Shown here: positions 57,989-64,000 of the stretch, piece after piece
Layout: the number at the start of each line of letters is the position of its first letter
Numbering within the stretch: position 1 is the first letter of the stretch
NCBI GenBank assembly: GCA_014382365.1
Contig: JACNJW010000044.1
Span: 7,368-71,367 of the forward strand
DNA: 64,000 nt
Direction: 5' to 3'
Source of the DNA: SAR324 cluster bacterium
GTDB taxonomy: Bacteria; SAR324; NAC60-12
Position numbers and translations under genes: made by a program
The notes under the pieces: model-generated
Databases searched by the model: none
Told to the model about the DNA's origin: nothing
Seen by the model: only the letters and a program-made list of their open reading frames with translations

Positions 57989-58050
57989 CACAGCACGTCG
58001 CCGAACTGCACAATTCCTTCAATTCCAAACTCACAAATATCAAAATTCAA

Positions 58051-58929
58051 ATGGCCAAAGTCTTTGTTAAAAATAAGAAATGTTGCCGTTTCAGTATTTT
58101 GGTTTTTTTACTGTTTCTGAATCTTGTTTTTTCCGGACAACTTATAGGGGCGGAATCAGCAGTACGCTTCGGATTGACTCCTGTCATTTTAGATAATCAG
58201 AGAGATTTTCTGGAAAATTGGCAAAAATTTCTGGAGAAACATTTAGAGCGTCCCGTCATTTTTATTCAACGGCGTACCTACGGTGAAATTACGGAAATGT
58301 TACTTCAAGAACAATTGGATATTGCTTGGATTTGCGGGCGTCCTTATGTGCAACATCAACAAAAATTGCAACTGCTGGCTGTACCGCTTTATCGAGGAAA
58401 GCCGCTCTACCAATCATATTTGATTGCCTTAAGCGACAACACTAAGATAGATTCAATCTTAGACTTGAAAGGGAAGGTGTTCGCCTATTCTGATCCGGAC
58501 TCCAACTCTGGTCATTTGGTCCCCAATGTCATGTTGAGTAGAGTAGGCAAAGATCCAAAAACATTTTTTGCTAAAACTTTTTTCACTTGGTCGCATAGGG
58601 ATGTTGTTTCAGCGGTTGCTTCTGGATTGGCGCAAGGCGGTGCGGTGGACGGCTATGTTTGGGAAACACTCAATCTTGTACATCCTGAATTGACCCAACG
58701 TACCCGGATATTGAACCGTTCTCAAAAATTCGGTTTTCCGCCGTTGGTTGCTCGCCCTTCTCTACCGAAAAATGAATTGTTACTTATACAGTCCGCATTG
58801 CTTCAAATGAACAAAGACCCAAACGGAATTCAACTTTTGCAAAAATTAAATCTGGACGGGTTTGTTGAGGGTGATGACGCTTTATTTGACGGCATCCGCG
58901 AATCTTTGCTTTTTTTAACGGGCTACTGA
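58051..58929 (+). CDS. PhnD-fold periplasmic binding protein, probable ligand sensor partner of the kinase (AioX/ArxX-like role)
   Basis: Signal peptide. VRFGLTPV...DIAWICG...YSDPDSNSGHL...GGAVDGYVWE is the phosphonate-bd fold pattern. No ABC permease or ATPase is adjacent; a histidine kinase starts 4 nt after its stop. Confidence 0.7.
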   Translation: MAKVFVKNKKCCRFSILVFLLFLNLVFSGQLIGAESAVRFGLTPVILDNQRDFLENWQKFLEKHLERPVIFIQRRTYGEITEMLLQEQLDIAWICGRPYVQHQQKLQLLAVPLYRGKPLYQSYLIALSDNTKIDSILDLKGKVFAYSDPDSNSGHLVPNVMLSRVGKDPKTFFAKTFFTWSHRDVVSAVASGLAQGGAVDGYVWETLNLVHPELTQRTRILNRSQKFGFPPLVARPSLPKNELLLIQSALLQMNKDPNGIQLLQKLNLDGFVEGDDALFDGIRESLLFLTGY

Positions 58930-58933
58930 AACG

Positions 58934-60370
58934 ATGTTCCGGAATGTTTCCTACCACTACAAAATCCCACTGAGTTTCAGTGTTGTCATAATATTGACTG
59001 GAATGATTGTTACCACAGCGTTGGTTTGGCAGACGTATGAAAATTTACGCCGCGATATCTTCCGGAACGCTGTTGAAGTGGGAGCCGCTTTGTCTGGAAC
59101 CTTGCAATTATCCATAAAACATGATGATGTCTGGAGAGCTTATCGTTTGCTAGCGGACACCGGACAGGCAGCCGATAGAGACGGCGGATTACTCTTGGTA
59201 GTACTCGACGAAGAATACAAAGTTTTTGCCTCCAACCAGCCTCGACAATTTCCCGTATTGGCTTCTTTGGAAAATCTCAGTCCGGAGTTTGCCGGTTTGA
59301 ATAAATCGCTACTGCAAAACAATAATAATGAAGCCCGTCCGATTGTACAAGGTGCAACTTTGTGGATGTACGTAGTGCACCCAATCCACGAATACGGGAC
59401 AAGGTTGGGAGTGTTATTGATAGGCTACGCCCATTCGCAATTTTTACCAAGATATTATGAAATTGTTTGGAATGTCAGCATCTCGTCTTTGGGGGTGATG
59501 TTAATTTTGTTGCCTTTAGGATGGTATTTGGGCAAAAATATGGCAGAACCTTTGGTAGAACTTTCAAATTGTATGGAGATGGTCGGTCAAATTCCGCCGG
59601 ATGAAATTGAATACAATTTGAAAGAAGCCGACGATGAAATCGGTTTGTTGAGTACACGTTTTAGGGAAATGCTGGAAGATTTGCGAGTCAAACAGCAATT
59701 CGAGCGGCAAGTATTGGTTTCCGAACGTTTAGCGGCAATCGGTCGAATGTCGGCGGGAGTTGCTCACGAAATTAATAATCCTCTGGGTGGAATGCTCAAT
59801 GCTATCAATACTTTCAAGCAACACAGACATGAAGAGGGTGTGCCGGAAAAAACCCTTTACTTACTGGAGCGTGGATTAGGGCAAATTCAAGAAACAGTTT
59901 CGGCTTTACTGGTGGAGAGTATCCCGGAAAGCCATCCTTTGAGTTTTCAAGATGTTGAGGATATCCGGACCTTACTTCATGCAGACATTAATAAAAAGAA
60001 CATCAACTTAGTTTGGGAAAATAATTTGGTAATACCGGCCTTACTACCTTCGACTCAAATTAGGCAAATTTTAATGAATCTTTGTCTAAATGCGCTTCAA
60101 GCCGCACCGGAAGAGAGTACTGTTTTTTGCAAAGTTTGTGCTGTAGAAGAAGAAAATTTATTGATTGAGGTGCGTAATGAGGGTGGAGATCTGGACGATG
60201 AAACCATGGAATTGCTGTTTGAACCTTTTGCCCACCAAAATTCCGGCGGTATCGGTTTAGGGTTATGGGTTACTTATCAAATCGTCCGTCAACTCGGAGG
60301 AGAAATTGTTGTTAAAAATCAAGATGGAACCGTCTCATTCTCGGTAGGCATTCCTCTGAGAAACTCCTAA
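58934..60370 (+). CDS. Sensor histidine kinase (2 TM, periplasmic domain, HAMP, HisKA, HATPase_c)
   Basis: H-box SAGVAHEINNPL. N, G1 and G2 boxes (LMNLCLNALQA, NEGGDLD, GGIGLGLW). Confidence 0.85.
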   Translation: MFRNVSYHYKIPLSFSVVIILTGMIVTTALVWQTYENLRRDIFRNAVEVGAALSGTLQLSIKHDDVWRAYRLLADTGQAADRDGGLLLVVLDEEYKVFASNQPRQFPVLASLENLSPEFAGLNKSLLQNNNNEARPIVQGATLWMYVVHPIHEYGTRLGVLLIGYAHSQFLPRYYEIVWNVSISSLGVMLILLPLGWYLGKNMAEPLVELSNCMEMVGQIPPDEIEYNLKEADDEIGLLSTRFREMLEDLRVKQQFERQVLVSERLAAIGRMSAGVAHEINNPLGGMLNAINTFKQHRHEEGVPEKTLYLLERGLGQIQETVSALLVESIPESHPLSFQDVEDIRTLLHADINKKNINLVWENNLVIPALLPSTQIRQILMNLCLNALQAAPEESTVFCKVCAVEEENLLIEVRNEGGDLDDETMELLFEPFAHQNSGGIGLGLWVTYQIVRQLGGEIVVKNQDGTVSFSVGIPLRNS

Positions 60371-60382
60371 AACGTAATTATT

Positions 60383-61714
60383 ATGGTGCATATTTGTTTG
60401 GTTGAAGACGACCCCATCATGGGGGAATCGCTGGCGCATCGTTTCGCACTTGAACGCTTAACCTGTCATTGGTTTCAAGATGCGCGTAGTGCTTTGGAGG
60501 CAGTTAAAACAGAACATTATTCCGTGTTGATCAGTGATATTCGTCTTCCGGATATGGATGGGGAAAGCCTGTTCAAATCACTCATTGAACTCGGTGAACC
60601 ACCACCGCCGACATTGTTCATTACCGGTTATGGTGCTATTGATCAAGCGATACGCCTACTAAAACTGGGAGCACAGGACTACATTACCAAACCCTTTGAT
60701 CTGGATTTACTTTTGAGTAAATTGCGGAGCTTGAGTCCGGGGTTGTTTCCAAAAAAAGATGAACAGCCGCTGGAATTAATTTTGGGTATTTCCGAGCAAT
60801 TGCAAAAAATCCAACGGATGTTGAGCAATTTAGGAAAGCATGATGTCGGTGTTTTGTTCACCGGTGAATCCGGAGTCGGCAAAGAATATGCGGCCCGTTA
60901 TCTACATGACTGCTCCGGAGACAAAGGCAACCGACCTTTCATCGCCACCAATTGCGCCGCCATTCCGGAAAGTCTGTTGGAAACCGAACTGTTCGGACAC
61001 GAAAAAGGGGCATTTACTGGCGCCATACACATGCGGCGGGGTGTTTTCGAACAAGCCAATAACGGGACTCTTTTTTTAGATGAAATCGGCGATATGCCCT
61101 TGTCCATGCAAGTTAAACTGTTGCGGGCCATCCAAGAGCGTTCAATCTGTAGAGTCGGCGGAGAAAAAATGATCCCCATCAATTTGCGTCTCATCAGTGC
61201 GACAAATCATGACCCAATAGCTTTGGTGGAAAACGGAAAATTTCGGGAAGATTTGTTCTATCGCATCAATATCATTCATATCCACATCCCACCACTGCGG
61301 GAACGTCAAGAGGACATTCTTTGGTTTTCAAAAAAGTTTATGGAACTCTGCACACGTGAACAAGGTGAACGGCGGGTATTGACTCGGAGCGGAGAACAGT
61401 ATTTGTTCGATCAACCTTGGAAAGGCAACCTTCGGGAACTGAAGCATTGCATCCAACGTGCTTGTATCCTTTCCGGACAAGAAACAATAGGAGCCTCGGA
61501 ATTAGATGTGTATGGCGTTGAGCTTACCTCCACTAAAGAACAGGCGGTTGCAGATTTAAAAAGCTATTTGGAAGTTTGCGAACAACGACGCATCCTGCAA
61601 ATGTTGGAGAAATATAAATGGCGCATCGGGGACACTGCCGCCACTCTGGGAATCAGTCGTAAAAATTTATGGGAAAAAATGAAAAAATATGATATTTCTA
61701 ACCACGGTCACTGA
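60383..61714 (+). CDS. Sigma-54-dependent response regulator (NtrC/AioR class: REC-AAA+-Fis HTH)
   Basis: REC domain (LISDIRLPDMDG), GESGVGKE, GAFTGA sigma-54 contact loop, C-terminal HTH (TAATLGISRKNLWEKMKKY). Confidence 0.9.
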   Translation: MVHICLVEDDPIMGESLAHRFALERLTCHWFQDARSALEAVKTEHYSVLISDIRLPDMDGESLFKSLIELGEPPPPTLFITGYGAIDQAIRLLKLGAQDYITKPFDLDLLLSKLRSLSPGLFPKKDEQPLELILGISEQLQKIQRMLSNLGKHDVGVLFTGESGVGKEYAARYLHDCSGDKGNRPFIATNCAAIPESLLETELFGHEKGAFTGAIHMRRGVFEQANNGTLFLDEIGDMPLSMQVKLLRAIQERSICRVGGEKMIPINLRLISATNHDPIALVENGKFREDLFYRINIIHIHIPPLRERQEDILWFSKKFMELCTREQGERRVLTRSGEQYLFDQPWKGNLRELKHCIQRACILSGQETIGASELDVYGVELTSTKEQAVADLKSYLEVCEQRRILQMLEKYKWRIGDTAATLGISRKNLWEKMKKYDISNHGH

Positions 61715-61871
61715 AATTTTTCTAATTGATTATCTCATATACATTAAGTTTTTCATTTTGAATCCATAATTACGAATTCAAATTATAATTTACCTTGAAA
61801 AATAGCAGATTTAAGGCAGAATAATACTGTAATTCTGACCTTTGATTTTACTCATCCAAAAAGGAGTCTTT

Positions 61872-62261
61872 GTGAAAAAATTTACCGTTGATCATCAAAA
61901 TTATCATATTTTCAAAACTAAAAGCGGTGCCAAAACCCAGTCTGTGCATTTTCAGTGGGGAAAGTTTGATTTCCGCATGACTTTTGCCGGTAGCGGAAAA
62001 GCTACACAGAGAAATGCGGCCTTGGGTTTTAGCGCTGCTGACGGCAGTCAATTCTCAGTAACCAAATTTGAGGTTCTCTACCAGAATGAGTGGTTTGAGT
62101 TTGTCAAACCTACTGCTCACGGTATGCAACTGGAAGAAACCCTCTGGCGCAGAAACGAACGGGATTATTACGTTGAGTTTCCAAAGGATCTGAAAAGTGC
62201 GGCGCAGGAAATTTGTGCTGAAGAACTCGGCCTGGTCCAGCAGGAAAAAGTTGCTGCCTAG
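61872..62261 (+). CDS. Small hypothetical protein (129 aa)
   Basis: GTG start with AAAGGAG 5 nt upstream. No motif recognised. Confidence 0.45.
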   Translation: MKKFTVDHQNYHIFKTKSGAKTQSVHFQWGKFDFRMTFAGSGKATQRNAALGFSAADGSQFSVTKFEVLYQNEWFEFVKPTAHGMQLEETLWRRNERDYYVEFPKDLKSAAQEICAEELGLVQQEKVAA

Positions 62262-62349
62262 TTATTGCCCGGAAATCCACTGCACAGTTACAACCAAATC
62301 TTCCTCCTTCAAAGCCGGATCCTCTAAACAGTTAACTGTTTGATTATTG

Positions 62350-63717
62350 ATGAAAGACAATTCCCAAAATAAATCCTCTGGCAGGAAAGTTCACATCCAG
62401 ACTTTCGGTTGTCAAATGAACGAATATGACACAGAAAAAATGCTGGAAGTGCTCAGGCTCGAGAATTATGCCCTGACAGAATCTCAAGCTGAGGCAGATT
62501 TGATCATTCTCAATACTTGTTCTATTCGTGAAAAAGCCGAAAATAAGGTCTATAGCGAATTGGGCCGCTTGAGAAAACTTAAATCAGCAAATCCCAATTT
62601 GAAAATCGGCGTGGGTGGTTGTGTTGCACAACAGGAAGGCGAGGCCATTATACGTCGAGCTACAAATGTGGATTTTGTTTTTGGAACAGACAATTTATTT
62701 GAGCTGCCGAAAATGCTCAATAAAGTCCAAAAGGGAGAAAAGATCATTATAACAAAGCGACATGCCCGGCAAAAAGTCCGCAACTTTATTCCGGACTATA
62801 CGTTTCAGCAAACACAACGCTTTGGAGTTAAAGCACATTTGGCAATCACAAAAGGTTGCAACAATCATTGTTCTTTTTGTGTCGTACCAACTACACGCGG
62901 AGTAGAAGTAAGTCGGGAACCTGAAAATATTATCACTGAAGCGCGGCGGCTCATTTCAGCCGGTACGCGAGAAATATGTTTGCTTGGTCAAAATGTAAAT
63001 TCCTACAAGGCCAATGGAGTAGATTTTGTGGAGTTATTGCAGCGCCTGGATAAACTCGAAAATTTGAAGCGCCTCCGTTTTATTTCACCGCATCCAAAAG
63101 ATTTTCATGCAGAACTGTCAGATGCGTTTGTAAACCTGCCCTCGCTCTGTGAACAAATGCACCTGCCTCTGCAGTCCGGTTCCGACAGGATTCTCCGCAG
63201 GATGAGACGCTGGTATACAATGGAAACATTCTACGAAAAAGTAGGACTTTTAAGGGATCGGCTACCTGAAGCCACAATTTCAACTGATTTGATTGTTGGC
63301 TTTCCCGGAGAAACAGAGGAAGAGTTTGAAATGACAATGGAGGCCGTTCGAAAAATACGTTTCGATTTAATATACTCCTTCAAATATTCTGCTCGACCCG
63401 GAACCCGTGCTGCAGAATATCCTGAGCATCTGACTGAAGATGAAAAATCAAGGCGGCACAAGATCCTGCTGGAGACACAAGAAAAGATTGTTCTTGAAAA
63501 AAATCTGGCTCTGGTGGGTTCAACACAGGAAGTCTTGATTGAAGGGAAGCATCATCGTAAAAATAATACTACAACAGGCCGTACGCGTGGTTATCATCCT
63601 GTTGCTGTTAAAAACTCCAAAACGAAGGCCGGAGACCTTTTAATGGTCCGGATAACCGGTGCACTCCCCAATTCTCTTGAAGCAGATGCTATTTCCACAA
63701 GCCCGGTCATAAATTAA
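62350..63717 (+). CDS. miaB: tRNA-2-methylthio-N6-dimethylallyladenosine synthase
   Basis: IQTFGCQMNEYD, radical-SAM CNNHCSFCVVP, C-terminal TRAM domain. Confidence 0.9.
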   Translation: MKDNSQNKSSGRKVHIQTFGCQMNEYDTEKMLEVLRLENYALTESQAEADLIILNTCSIREKAENKVYSELGRLRKLKSANPNLKIGVGGCVAQQEGEAIIRRATNVDFVFGTDNLFELPKMLNKVQKGEKIIITKRHARQKVRNFIPDYTFQQTQRFGVKAHLAITKGCNNHCSFCVVPTTRGVEVSREPENIITEARRLISAGTREICLLGQNVNSYKANGVDFVELLQRLDKLENLKRLRFISPHPKDFHAELSDAFVNLPSLCEQMHLPLQSGSDRILRRMRRWYTMETFYEKVGLLRDRLPEATISTDLIVGFPGETEEEFEMTMEAVRKIRFDLIYSFKYSARPGTRAAEYPEHLTEDEKSRRHKILLETQEKIVLEKNLALVGSTQEVLIEGKHHRKNNTTTGRTRGYHPVAVKNSKTKAGDLLMVRITGALPNSLEADAISTSPVIN

Positions 63718-63819
63718 TTTTATTACGGTTTTTCAAAGATTCTCAGCTAGCCATCTCAGTTTAGTACCAAGGGTTAGATATCTGTTAATGCCGCTTGAGA
63801 ATGACTGTAACCTGACAAC

Positions 63820-63999
63820 TTATTCTTCACCCGACTGACTGCGTATCTGGGGATCCGGTGCAGTTCTTGGAGAAAGTTTGCGTCCGCACAAATCATGATC
63901 ACTGTAGTTTATCACCCTTTTTAATGGCGGTTTCTCTGAGCTGAGAATACAGCTGTCTCCATGATTTTTCCAAGCAACTCCACCACAGGCAGTCAACAA
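63820..63999 (-). CDS. Possible 3' end (59 codons) of a minus-strand gene running off the window
   Basis: The only long open frame at the right edge (...GGVAWKNHGDSCILSSEKPPLKRVINYSDHDLCGRK...GEE*). No motif recognised. Confidence 0.2.
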   Translation of the reverse strand: MLTACGGVAWKNHGDSCILSSEKPPLKRVINYSDHDLCGRKLSPRTAPDPQIRSQSGEE

Positions 64000-64000
64000 A

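Noticed and set aside
63739-63948. 10-bp inverted repeat ATTCTCAGCT / AGCTGAGAAT spaced exactly 200 bp apart (MITE-like?)
   Set aside because: It is a single short pair of borderline significance, with no target-site duplication visible. The right arm falls inside open frames at the window edge.
1-64000. CRISPR arrays, tRNA/rRNA genes, transposases, integrases, prophage or toxin-antitoxin/defence modules
   Set aside because: I looked through all intergenic regions and the ORF list. There are no spaced direct-repeat arrays and no tRNA-like GGTTCGAATCC-type arms. No DDE, tyrosine or serine recombinase-like proteins were seen.
63899-64000. A second short open frame (33 codons) on the minus strand at the right edge
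   Set aside because: It is shorter than the competing 59-codon frame and has no motif. Neither frame can be confirmed from this window.

Overview
64-kb chromosomal segment, roughly 40% GC by eye. It is densely packed with about 58 protein genes. I found no rRNA, tRNA, CRISPR array, transposase or integrase. Gene content (multihaem cytochromes c, NrfD-type membrane modules, DUF4416, sigma-54 regulator) suggests a deltaproteobacterium-like Gram-negative organism; this is inference only. Housekeeping anchors are recC (5' end cut by the window), gyrA, a cyclophilin, fdx-iscA-bolA, leuB, cysS, a lone nuoM-like gene, dut, miaA and miaB. Accessory blocks: (1) 3.2-14.5 kb, organophosphorus scavenging: a lysR-phnX / phnW divergon, then an Opp/Dpp-type five-gene ABC importer ending in a GpdQ-like metallophosphodiesterase. 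(2) 14.8-19.4 kb, an Fe(III)-type ABC importer with a DtxR-family repressor embedded in it. (3) 27-30 kb, a PhnDCE-type transporter. (4) 30-38 kb, envelope genes (TlpA, GT2, PBP4, GT4, methyltransferase, MsbA-like exporter). (5) 48.1-61.7 kb, the most unusual part: a 12-gene respiratory island. It has a lysine-rich tetrahaem cytochrome c, a 3-cluster-type FeS subunit and a Tat-exported Mo/W-bisPGD catalytic subunit with an Asp in its FS0 cluster motif. These are followed by a TorD chaperone, a membrane-anchored rhodanese and a polyferredoxin. Next comes a separate cytochrome c / Tat-FeS / NrfD quinol module. The island ends with a PhnD-fold binding protein + histidine kinase + sigma-54 activator, resembling AioXSR/ArxXSR oxyanion sensors. 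I do not recognise this combination as a named system and its substrate cannot be read from sequence. All calls come from reading motifs in the supplied translations and the DNA. No alignments or database searches were run, and several start codons were re-picked by eye.
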